From NCBI RefSeq assembly GCF_006345805.1, contig NC_042998.1, forward strand, positions 126,356,001 to 126,420,000: a DNA stretch of 64,000 nucleotides. Direction: 5' to 3'. Within the stretch, counting starts at the first letter, position 1, and each line of letters begins with the position of its first letter. Shown piece after piece: positions 51,761-64,000 of this stretch. The translations under genes were made by a program, and so were the position numbers. Below the pieces are notes generated by a model. It was not told where the DNA came from. It saw only the letters and a list, made by a program, of their open reading frames with translations, and made no database searches. The stretch comes from Octopus sinensis (taxonomy: Eukaryota).

Positions 51761-52145
51761 CTTTTATTCTTTCACGTGTTTCAGTTGTTGGACTGCAACC
51801 ATGCTGAGGAATCTCCTTGAAGAGTTTTGATCAAATATATCGACCCTAGTACTTAGTTTTCTTTTTTAAGTCTGATACTTACTCTATCGATCTCATTTGT
51901 TGAACTGCTAATTTACAAAGATGTAAGCAAACCAACACTAGTTGTCAAGCTGTGAGGGATGGGGCAAAGACTCAAACATATATGATGGGCTTCTCCACAG
52001 TTTCTATCTACCATATTCACTCACAAGATAATGGTTGACCTGAAGTTATAGGAGAAGACACTTGCCCAAGATGCCCTGCTGTGGGACTGAACCCCAAACC
52101 ACATGGTTTTGAAGTGAACTTGTTAACCAAATGGCTATCCCTGCA
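51761..52145 (-). mobile_element. SINE family A, older copy
   Basis: Colinear with the other family A copies, more diverged. Confidence 0.8.
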
Positions 52146-54826
52146 TTGATATTTCATGACTTATTAATTTATATTATTTAGATAAATGTTACAACTCACT
52201 ACATTTATCACTGCAACATTACTTTCTAATCCTTTGTTTTTCAAGCTGTACACTGGGGCCTTCTAAAATAACTCACTGCACTTATCTCTTCTACCAACCA
52301 CAGACTATACTAAACATTATCTTCAACCTGTCCTCATCTGACTAGCACTCCTCTCTGAACTTTCTTATTCAGAGTTTCCTTTTTATCTGCTAACTGGCAA
52401 AAGCTTGTATTTGATATCAACCATACCAACCTCACAAAGTTGCCTGTAACAGCCTAGGAAGGTCTGAAAGCTAGTGGCACTTTCTAACCTCTTCAGACTA
52501 GCTATTTACAGCAAAATTTAGTGAAGAGAATGAGATTTTTTAGAGATATTATAAGAGTTAGCTTTGGATTATAAAAATGGAAATTGCTTTCTAATGTTCA
52601 TTATGTTTTTGACCAATTTTCTATCAAGATCTGTATGACAATTCATTTTATGGTTTTGGTATCTTCATAGATTCCACATCAATTCCTTTTTGTGGTTAGG
52701 ATTAAGTGAGCATGAGTACCTGCTCATACCTTGTGAACATGTGTCACCTTTTATGCCAGTGTCTATTTATTAAGAATATAAATAATTAATTTCAAAGCTA
52801 CGTGTCCTTTTGTATTGTGTATTCTCCTTGTCTTCTCCCAACATGCATCGTTTGTTTCTATGGTGTATTTCTTTATTCATAGAAGAATGAACTAGTGACA
52901 GATCTTTGGACTAGTTACTTGTCTAACCTGCTCAGTGTCACAGCTGAATTTCTCTCAATACAATCTACATGACCTTGCTAGAATGCCACTAAGTTACTCT
53001 TCAGTCGACTACCTTTGTTTCATAGGTATATTGACAGTGTCTACTCAATAAAATAAGACAAGCAATAACAATGCATGTAGTGATGCCACATGAACTAAGT
53101 TTGAATAAAGAATGGAGTACCTGTGGTTGGAATGCTTTTGTTCACAGGTCTGCTCAAACAGCACTGAATTAAACAATAATAACCTTCTTAGTATTGTGTA
53201 CAGATGATGTTTTTGTAAAAATTAGCATGGAATTTTGATGAAAGGTTTTAATTAAGATCACTTTAGAACAGGAAGTTACTATCATAGAACGAGGGGTTGT
53301 TTCAGGTAGGTTGGTGTTAAAAGGGTTAGGTATTTAACTGTAATGTAAGCCAGTGGTAGTAAGGAAACAAGCTTGTTTTAATATGACACTTGTAGAATTA
53401 TTTCCTTGTATAAATGATTAATATTTTGTATTAGTCATGGTTTCACTGTTTAACCTATCCAATGTTTTACGCCCCTGTTAATCAAAATATATGTTATATT
53501 ATTCTGAGTAATAAGAAGTGATCACTCTAATGACTTTATCTGTTTGTTTTGTTTATCTATATTATGTGTGTTTCTAGTAGTATATTCTACAAGTTTTATT
53601 TTTTGTATAATCAAGATCGCATTGTTCATCATGTCCATCTTTTTTTTTAAGCCAGTAGAGATTGTTTGAGGTTGATTTTGTTGCTATTTCTATTTCTGTT
53701 CATACATGCATGCATACCTACATTGTAACACCCTGTCCCCTTCTCTTTTCTATTTATTACCAACCCTTCTCACTCATAGTGTTCTATCTTTCATCTCCCT
53801 ATTAACTGTCATCTCTCATCATCATTTTGACTCCCTTGTTCTTTGTAGGTCCCTATCCTTCTACCCAATACACTCTAGCTTTGCTCTTGTCTACTACAAA
53901 CAATCAATCTCTGTCACTTATCACCTATCTTAGTTTTATCTCATTACCCACCTTTACCTTTGTCTACCTTTGCTATTGACTATCACTTCCCTTTGACTAC
54001 ACCTCAAAGAACCCTTCTATTCTCACTCATTCATTCTGGTCCACTGATGTCATTGCATTCACTTTCTTGTAATCTCTTCCTTGGCAACCTGAAGGAATGG
54101 AAATGTCTGACGTTTTGAGGCACTCTTGCTCATCTTACTCATTTCTGGTTGTGCTGCTGTTAGTGCTCTCTCATACTTCCTTCTCCTGCTCACTCCATAT
54201 GACTTAATTTGAGTATTTTCTACATTTCCTGTGTACAAGGAAATGTAAAGACTATTCAGTAACCTATACTAATACCTAATACTTTTCCTGTCCCTCCTGT
54301 GCTGATGCCTTGATGGAAAGTTGCCAAATTGTTACATCTCTGCAGGTACTGGTGAGCATGGAAAACTCTGTAGTGTTGGTGTCATGATAAATGCACCCTG
54401 TACATGCTGAAAAATGGTTAGCAAATGAGCACATTAAAGCTGTGATGTCCCTACAATTCTATCTTGCCAAGGACTCTTCAATTTCTAGTTTTGGTGCCAC
54501 CAGGAAATGCACTCCGTACACTTTGTGTTTGGTGAAGCATTTAGCCAAATGAAACATGACCACCAGTCTATGGGAGCATTGGCTTGCAATAACAGATGAC
54601 TTGGATTGTTATGACTTGTCAAACCCATGCCAGCATGGAAAGTGGATGTAAAATGATGATAATTATGATGATGAGTGATGGTATAAGTTTAAAACTTAAT
54701 ACAAGAAATGGGATATGCATAAGACAGAACTAAAAAAGAATGAGATAATATTTTGGTTGGAAGAAGTGTAAGTACAAACATAGTGTAATCAGTCTTCATC
54801 ATTAGATTATTGTCTGCCATTAATTG

Positions 54827-55602
<776 letters not shown>

Positions 55603-56039
55603 TACATATTACATATATATTTTATAATACTAAAATAGTGTAACAAAATTCTTTAAGATATATATCTGATGTGGAAGGAGATAACAGAAATGAATTTCTG
55701 CTAACTTAATTCTTCCAAACTGATTTTTGTTTTTGAATAAAGAATAAGTTTTGGATTCAGGTAATCGTTTTGTTATGTTTTTTTTTAACTTTTTTTCTCA
55801 TTTTTGTGAACTTATTTTGCTTGTTCTATTTTTATTTTATGCTTTTTTTAAAATCCAAGGCAAGGTTTCTCAAAAAAGCTATATTTGACAAATGCTTTTT
55901 CCTCCAACAAATTCATTGACCTAGAATGTTATTTTCTATTTATTTACATTGGGTAAAAACATAAATAAGTGACTTGATAGTTTATCTACCTTTTTAGAAT
56001 TGCTGTTAAATACAACACTAATTATCTCTCCATTTCCAG

Positions 56040-56238
56040 ATGTTCATTGAATTCTGTGGAGGTGGTGCTCTGGATTCTATCATGCTTGATTTGGAAAAAC
56101 CATTGACAGAAGACCAAATCCGTTATGTCTGTCATTATATGTGCAAAGCTTTGACTTTCCTTCATGACAGCAATATTATTCACCGTGATTTGAAAGCAGG
56201 CAATGTTCTCTTAACCATGGAAGGTGATGTCAAGTTAG
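56040..56238 (+). CDS. SLK: Internal coding exon of the SLK/STK10-like kinase, subdomains V-VIb; 199 nt, phase 0 to 1
   Basis: Acceptor ctctccatttccag| and donor TTAG|gtgagt. Encodes [66 protein letters not shown] with the HRDLKAGN catalytic loop; in frame with the previous exon. Confidence 0.96.
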
Positions 56239-57038
56239 GTGAGTTTGCCATTTGAGTTTGTTGGTGTGTGTGCTTATATAATCATATCATTCATATGTGT
56301 GTGTGTGTTGGAATTTAGTTTTTGTTGTTAGAAATCTTTCTGATGGGCTATAAAATTTCAATTATTGAAAATGTCCTGGTTCTTATATTGCTTTTGAGTA
56401 ATGAAATGAGATCAATTTGTAAATAAGACCTGAGGCCGACAGGTCTGTTATGCAAGTGATATACTTCAGCCAAACAAACCCAATCAACAATTTAGAAATA
56501 AAAACAAAAAAAACTATATAATTCCAGTGCAATCCATATACAGCAGTATAATTTATTGGGGTGTCTGTCTCCAGTAGATTGAGTTAAGCAGCTTTTTTTT
56601 TTCTATTTAGTTACTTATTGAATTGATGACAGTGATAATCATTTCACTTTTTTCAGTTATCACTAAACTTTAATCCACAGCATCAATAAATCCACAAGAT
56701 CCTCTGAGATGACAGTAAGAAAGAAATTATTTAGAAATAGTTTGTAGACATAGTATATTGGATGTTCTATTGCCTCAGTCTGTGTTTTGCAACTATGCTA
56801 TCCATTCCCTGTCCCACACCTGCAGTGGGTTTTGATTTTAACTGATGTCATCATTATGTTGATGTCACCAATTAATCCAAAGTTACCAATGTAAAACGTG
56901 ACCCATATGAAATTTTTCCTATTCTGATGCTTTTGAGGGTCTAAAGTGGTGATAAATAAATTTATTTCTCTATCATTGGACATTGTTAGACACTGACTGG
57001 ATTATGTGTTGAGTTACAAACATTTGTTTAAACCTGTA

Positions 57039-57913
57039 TGAGGAGGTGGGGGTCCCCAAAAGAAACTGGAATTTTGCAATATAATTTTATTCAGTTAGAT
57101 TTACGTGTTTACACTTTTATCACCTTCAAAGTATTCTCCATTTGAAACAATGCTTGGTCTAGACATGTTTTCCACCATTGCAAACTCTTGCAAAGTGATG
57201 CCATTTAATGTCTCCATTGTTTTTTTCTTCACCTCTTCCACATCTGCAAATTCCATTGCGCCAGCTTTTGTCACCAGTGATGACTTTCAAAAAATGGTCT
57301 GGATCATCTTCCAACTGTTCTTTCAGTTCATGACATGCATTTAGTCATGACTGCTTTTGATCTTCTGTGAACAAGCAAGGCTGAAACTCTTTTTATTCAT
57401 AATTCCTCACTCAAAATTTGTTGGACGAAGCTCCAGGACACACAAGTCATATCAACAAGTTTGTCAGTTGTTTGATGACAGTCCACCAAGATCAGTTCAG
57501 GAATTTTCATGATGTTTTGATTTGTTTGGGAGGTTGGCAGTTATCCTGAATGAGGTTGGTCTTCAAGCAACAAGTGACCATTCCTAAAGCATGGAAACTA
57601 CTTGTAAACTTGTGTTTTGCTCATGACAGCATCCTTGTTAGCTATTTGAAGCACGACAAATATTTTGGCTGCTGTTTTCCCCAGCAGGAAACAAAATTTC
57701 ATGGAAGCATGCTATTCCTTCTTTTCAGCCATCACAAAAATGGACGAACAAAGGAGAAGCACTGTAAAACAGATGCACCACGTGGCAGTACGACTTCAGC
57801 CAAAGATACTAGTTGACAGACTGATGCCTGAGGGTTGCATCAAGTTGCAGAAGCCTGAACTACAACGGGTTTGTTCCACAGAATGTTTCTGGTTACTATC
57901 GAGTACTCCCTCG
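57039..57913 (-). mobile_element. Internally deleted mariner, a second lineage
   Basis: TA flanks at 57037-38 and 57914-15; ends tgaggagg... / ...ctccctcg. Minus-strand N-terminus MAEKKE*HASMKFCFLLGKTAAKIFVVLQIANKDAVMSKTQVYK*F and C-terminus NGEYFEGD; the catalytic middle is missing. Confidence 0.85.
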
Positions 57914-58103
57914 TAAGCTGTTGGAATTGTGGGAAATGAAGGCAACTGTTCAAAGTTAAAATGATTTTCTCTGGATTCCAACATATACTTCATGTATTGA
58001 AGGAAGTATTGTAGAAAAAGAACCCTTGACCAAGCTATGATTAGTTATGAAAGTAAAACACAAGTTTTACCTTTTACAAACCTGTTTTAATCTTTTCTTG
58101 TAG

Positions 58104-58176
58104 CTGACTTTGGTGTGTCTGCTAAAAACACAAAACCTAACCAATGCCGAGACTCTTTCATTGGTACGCCTTATTG
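58104..58176 (+). CDS. SLK: Internal coding exon of the SLK/STK10-like kinase, DFG and activation segment; 73 nt, phase 1 to 2 (not in the ORF track)
   Basis: Acceptor cttttcttgtag| and donor TATTG|gtaagt. G+CT gives Ala, then [23 protein letters not shown](W), the STE20 signature GTPYW. Confidence 0.96.
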
Positions 58177-58965
58177 GTAAGTTGACAAAGTTTGATCTTA
58201 ACTTCTCTCTCTTTTATTGCAAGTTATTACATTTAGATGCATTTGTGTTGCAAAAATCTTTGTTCTGTTACTCTCTATGATCCCTACATTAGTCGTAATG
58301 TTTGTGTAATAGTGTAGAGGTTTTCAAATTTTAATTACACCAGAATGGGAAAAGAAAGACGGAGAGTTGCAAGATGTTTAAATTTCCGTTTCTGTCTTCA
58401 TGGCTGTAAATAAACAGATTTATTTAGAATAGGTAGTGGGGTGGGGAGATCAGAAAGTCAATGTGTTACAGCTGCTGAAAACAACTGGATTATTTGAGAA
58501 ATTCTATGGAAGGAGTCAGTAGACTTAGTTATTTCTTGGTGAATACTAGAAGGAAGTAAATAAATAAGTAAATGAAGCATAAATGCCAATAATTTTCTAG
58601 ACCTATTCCATCATACCCAACAGTTTTTACTTCCTTGTGTTTCTCATACATCAGTGTTAATTATTTATTAGTGCTCTCACATTACTTAAGAGTGGGCCTT
58701 TGGATATACTTGTGCCACACTGCTGGAAATAAGCTTTAATTCTTTGGTCAGGCTTTTATTCAACTACAGTAGGACTCATAGACAAAAATCTCACTCATTG
58801 ACCTGCACAAAATAGAAAGAAAATGCTAGGAAAACTGACATTGCTACTGCAGTTGCCGCCACCGCCGCCACCAGCAGCAACAGCAGTAGGCTTTCTGGTT
58901 TTGTCATTGTCTTCTTCCTCATTGCCATTATCTTTACAAATAATCTTAAATTTTGTAGGATATAA

Positions 58966-59178
58966 AAGCAGTGAGCTGGCGGAATTGTTAGCACACTGAG
59001 CGAAATGCTTAGCAGCTTTTTGTTTGTCTTCACATTTTGTGTTCAAATTCTGCTGAGATTGACTTTGACTTTCATCCTCTCAGGATTGATAAAATAAGTA
59101 TCAGTTAAGTGCTGGGGTCAACGTAATCGACTTGCACCCTCCCCCTTGACTTACTGGTCTTATGCCAAAATTTGAAAT
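58966..59178 (+). mobile_element. SINE family C
   Basis: gcagtgagctggcggaattgttagcac...gttcaaattctgctgag...ctttcatcctctcaggattgataaaataagta. Confidence 0.8.
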
Positions 59179-61546
59179 ATTTGTAGGATATTATTTGTAT
59201 CATGCCTCTTCAGTGTTTCAAGTGTAAAACCTGTTTAAATGTTGTTACCATACATACAGGACACTCTCTATGAGATAAACTATTAAATATAAAATTTACA
59301 TTAAGTTTCTTTACTAATCTATTTAAATGAATATTTCTGTCCTTTTGACTCTTTACTCACAAAACTATTTCCATGTGACTTTTGATTGTTTTCAGTATCA
59401 CTACCACTGCTACTGCTTTCATCATTGTTATGGTTGACATTGTCATTGTTGTCATCATAACCACTACCACCACCACCATCAGTTGAATCAAACAGCTATT
59501 GAAAATTACTTTTCTTCATACCTTTTTAGAATTACATGGCTACCTCTTCTCTTCCTGTATATTTAATGTATTATGTCTACATGACTAAATTGTACTATCA
59601 TTAAGAAGTTGGCTATATTATTATGAAGATAATTATGAAGATATTATTATGAAGATAATACTTTGTGGTTTTTTGCTATGACGCTTTATCTTCTGACTTT
59701 AAATCCAGCTGAAGTGAATTCTGATTTCCAGTTTTCCAGAGTAGAAGACATTTAGTTTGCATCAAATACAGGAGTTAATTCTAATGATTATGTTCACATC
59801 TTGGATGTATTCATTACTTTGTACCTATGCTAGAAATCATTGTGGTAATGGAATGTCAAGTATATTGATAAGTTTTTGAGAATTGACTTTCTTACAAGGT
59901 TTAGTCCTTAGCTAGAACTTTTCACTTATATTGTGTTCAGACTTTTACTAAAAGTCTGAACAGAGCAATTTCCTATTGACATTTCTTTATAACATGGTTG
60001 TTTTAAAAATAACATTTATCAATTTATTTTTATATTTTGGGATCCAATCTTGACCTGTAAACTATTAAACTTCATACATTGAGTGCCATTTAGTTTTGTG
60101 CTCCATTTTCTTATATTATTTCTGTCAAAGGTGCTCTGTGCTCTCATCACTCCTACTGTCTCTCATGTTCCAAATCCCATTTTCAATACTCTGCTCTCTG
60201 TCTCCTTTCTCAGAATTGCAAACTCTGATTCCAATTTACATTTTTCTTATAGACACTAACCTGCTAATATTTACTGAATATCAATGTGTGGTATACACAA
60301 CTTGCTATGCAATATAATATCAAGATTTGGTCCATGAGTATCTTAAGTGGGGTTCATCCTGCTGCAAGCATTCAAAACATTTAGTTTCCATATCACCTTT
60401 TTTTTTTACCTGTGCACATTGGTCTGAAGACAAATGTTTAAATTGGGTCTGGGAAATTCTGCAAGTTAATGGGCATTGCCTGTCTGCCATTGATTAATTT
60501 AAGAACGACAAAAATGAGGATGTAATATGAGAAATGATGAAAAGGTTACTTCCTCTTCCTCCAGACTGCCATTTTTAACATCATTATAATGAACACTGAT
60601 CACACATTACCTTGTTTACCATTGTTCACTGCCTTGTTCACCACTGTGATCACTAACCTTGTTTACCACTACAATCACCCACATCGTTTTGTAAGAAAGA
60701 ATCATTATTATTAGAAAGCCTTATGTACATAGTTACTGGTGAATGAAATTTGTCATCTTGGAAATGCACAAATGTTACAAGTTCTTATTCTCTTTTATTA
60801 TCAATTTGTAACTTTGTTCCTATACATCATTAATTAAGATAATAAGTTGACAAATATGGTAGGTTGCTAGATTAAAATGTCTTTCATTATTTAATTTCAT
60901 TGTGAGATGGCAAGCTGGCAGAGTTGTTAACATGGATAAAATGCTCAGCATTTCTTTTAGCTCTTTATGTTCTGAGTTCAAATTCCACCGAGAGTGACTT
61001 TGCTGTTTATCCATTCAGGGTTGATAAAACAAGTACCAGTTGATCACTGTGGTCAAAGGCAAATCATTACTGTATTTAATGTGTGGTGTTAACACTATCA
61101 GAATGATCTAAATGAAATATAAATAAAAGCAGAAAAAGCAGTCTCATGTCAAGTTATGGATTAGTCATAAGTAATTTATACTTTGTTGAGAGAGAAAGAA
61201 GCAGCAGCTGACGATTTAGGTTCATTAATCCAGATCACTGTGAATTGTTACTGTATCTGCATTCAGATCATTTGCAACTTCCTTGATCTCATTTAATCTG
61301 ACATTGTCTTGGTTATCTTGTCAATAACTTGCTTCTGGTCATATTTGATCATGTATATAATTTTTCTTTCCTAGACTTTTCCCCCTATCCTTCCTTATAA
61401 CATCCTGTTTTCCTAGCTGTCGTGAATAGGATGGTTTTGCTATTTTGAACATTGTTTAATGTTGGAGCAAATCTTTATATATATAATGCTCAAGATATGT
61501 ATATACATACACACACGCATGTATGCACACAGCAAGATGTTCTTTG

Positions 61547-62284
61547 TCATCATCATCATCATCATCATCATCATATGTCCATTTTCCATGCTGGTATGGG
61601 TTGGATGGCTTCACAGGAACTCGTAAGGTCAGGGGCCACATCAGGTTCCATAGCCTGTTTTGGCTTGGTTTCTATGGCTGGATGCCCTTCCTAATGCCAA
61701 CCACTCCACAGAGTGAACTGGGTGCTTTTCTATGTGGCACCATCACAGGTGGTTTTTAAGAGGTATCAACGCCAGTGCTTTTTACATGGCACCTTGGTTT
61801 TAGGATCTCAATTCTGTTGTGGTGGATCTTCTCAAGTAGAACAATGTGCCACATAACTCAATTCACTGTCATCTCTTTCATAAGGTTCAGCATTTTGAGA
61901 TCAGCCTTCAAAACTTTGTCCCATGTCTTCCAGGGTCTCCCTTTATTACAGCTTCCCTTCATTTTAAGTGATTGACACTCTTTATGCAGCTGTCTTCATC
62001 CATTCGCATTACATGACCAAACCAGCACAGTCTCCTCTCTTGCAGACTGCATATAATTCCTCTTATGTCCAACTCCTCCCTCAATACACCAATGCACTGT
62101 TGCACATGCACACTGACTTCACACATCCAGCAGAGCTGACCAGCTTTGTTCTTCACCAGCCTTTGCATGTCCTCTGCATTCAGAGCCCACATCTCACCAC
62201 CATGCAGCATCACGGTATGTACACATGCATCATACAATCTTCCCTTCATTCACAGAGGGAAACCTTTGGTTGTGAACAGAGGTA
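61547..62284 (-). mobile_element. 5'-truncated RTE LINE: ORF C-terminus plus 3' UTR and (GAT)n tail
   Basis: ORF 61959-62249 reads KGRLYDACVHTVMLHGGEMWAL...ERRLCWFGHVMRMDEDSCIK (RTE-type LYGSETW...RRLRWFGHV.RM), contiguous with a family B tail. Confidence 0.9.
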
Positions 62285-62291
62285 CATATAT

Positions 62292-62336
62292 AAAATTAAT
62301 CAAAGGACATACTTAGTATGTCCTTTGATTAATTTT
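62292..62336. repeat. Perfect palindrome: 22-bp arms, 1-nt spacer
   Basis: aaaattaatcaaaggacatact t agtatgtcctttgattaatttt. Confidence 0.97.
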
Positions 62337-62632
62337 GATCCTCCAGCTAGTTAATGCTTTTTTTTTTTTTGGTGGGGAACTGCAGTCACCTATATTATTG
62401 ATTCTCTTATCATTTTTAAAATTGCTATATATATATATATATATATATATAAATACATACATAAAGTTTTTATGTTGAGTCCTTTTTATGTTTTGTAACT
62501 TAGTGGTTTGACAAGTAGATTGATAAAATAATTGCTTACACTGAAGTCTTAGTATCAATATGATCTACTAAACCTTTTAAGTTGGTGCTTCTGCATGACC
62601 AAAGTCCAGTGACTGAAATCACTAATTTCAAT

Positions 62633-63003
62633 AACAAGAGCACTCACAGGGTGCAAATCTCTGCCAAGGCAACACCAACCTCCTCTCAACGATTGACTGG
62701 AGATGATTTTTAAAATGAGAATATATGAAATAAACTCGACTGCTCTCACAAAAGAGAATACTAAAATGAACCAACCTGCTCTCAAAAATTAAGTAACAAA
62801 GAGCAGGAAAAATAATCCAGAATCTTTGTCCGGTACTGGATCGATCCCAAAATCTAATCAGTTTGTGCTAGTCATGAGGCCAAATATGCCTGAAAGTTTC
62901 ATCCGAATCCATCCAGCAGTTCTTGAAATATTTTGCCCACAGACAAACAAACAAACAAATATGACTGAAAACAATACCTCCACCTTTGCTAAGGTGGAGG
63001 TAA
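62633..63003 (-). mobile_element. Apparently complete non-autonomous Helentron/HINE-like element (~370 bp)
   Basis: Terminal 12-bp stem-loop tacctccacctt-tgct-aaggtggaggta (62975-63002) and (caaa)n microsatellite. The opposite end aacaagagcactcacagggtgcaaatctctgccaagg has a hairpin and sub-TIR. Same architecture as 47802-49392. Confidence 0.7.
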
Positions 63004-63589
63004 TTAATACTATCTTTAGAATGAACCTAGTTTGAAACAATTAATAAACAAGGCCAACAGGAAGTCTATGGTGATGGCTGTAGCAAATAAAAACACACTT
63101 TTTGAGATCTATAAAGGATGTACAGGACTTTAAATATAACTGTCAAATCAAATCTTTTTATTCTCAAGGTTTAAAAAAAGAATCTAGAAATATATCAAGA
63201 TTTTCAACGTATAACAAAAGAAGTACTAGAAGTATGCACTAAATAGTCTATTATTATTATTGTATATAAATTGTATACCTGGGTTACTTTCACAACCTGT
63301 TTGTTACTTTTGATTCTTGATTTATATCTAAATTTCCAGATATTATGAGGTAAACTTATTTATGAATACTAGACAGTTAGGTTTTAGATTTATATGTAAT
63401 TTTACAAATGTACTAAATGTACTTTGGAAGTTCACGAGGTAAAAACTAATTTGTTTTTAATTGGTTGGGTAAGTATGGTTGTAAGTTTGATATTTCCCCT
63501 CTTTGTTGTTGCTGTTGCTTAGCCCAAACTATGCTAGCTGGGAAGGTGGATGTAAAATATTGATGATGATGATGTGTGTGTGTGTGTGT

Positions 63590-63730
63590 GTGGCATTGGT
63601 GTTAGGAAGGGTATCCCGATGTAGAAATCATGCCAAAGCAGACAGTAGAGCTTGGTGTAGCTTTCTGATTTGCCAACTCCTGTCAAACATCATCCAACCC
63701 ATGCCAGTATGGAAAATGGACATCAAATGA
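63590..63730 (+). mobile_element. Family B tail fragment
   Basis: ttggtgttaggaagggtatcc...caacccatgccagtatggaaaatggacatc. Confidence 0.75.
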
Positions 63731-64000
63731 TAAAGATAAGCATAAGTATATTCACACGCATGTAAGTATGCAATCATATACATTGCAACTTCATGTTTTG
63801 GGTATGACAACATGCAAATGTGCTGAGAGAAAAATTGGGCATAAGAAGCATAAAATGTATGCAAGAGAGAAGACTGCTAGCATGATTATATGATGTGTAG
63901 GAGAACATTTGCATAAAGAAGTGCTAATCACTAAATGTGGATGAAACTTGAGGAAAAGGGAGACTAAGATGTGGGATGAAGTAATGAAGACTGACCTTGT

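Noticed and set aside
63340-63349. Possible 10-nt poison microexon (tttccag|ATATTATGAG|gtaaac) that would create TGA after the GTPY exon
   Set aside because: Such AG..GT pairs are common by chance, the donor is weak, and there is no transcript evidence.

Overview
Eukaryotic, AT-rich, repeat-dense DNA. The SINE, LINE and microsatellite repertoire looks like an octopus (coleoid cephalopod) genome; this is inferred from recalled repeat families, not from a search. The whole window lies inside one plus-strand gene, an STE20-family SLK/STK10 (Drosophila Slik-like) Ser/Thr kinase. Three internal coding exons are visible (15216-15380, 56040-56238, 58104-58176). They have canonical AG/GT ends and splice in frame through kinase subdomains II-VIII, with introns of 40,659 and 1,865 bp. 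The first exon (Gly loop) and all downstream exons lie outside the window. The rest is intron: several tRNA-derived SINE families, RTE and CR1/L2-like LINE relics, two decayed mariners, hAT- and piggyBac-type MITEs, Helentron-like elements and microsatellites. Nearly all ORFs in the supplied track are spurious. I found no clearly new multi-gene system. The best leads are fold-back (inverted) sequence at LINE 5' truncation junctions, an 85-nt near-perfect intronic hairpin, a retroelement carrying a ~65-bp double-hairpin array, a possible composite Helentron, and a Pro at a normally phosphorylated activation-loop Thr.
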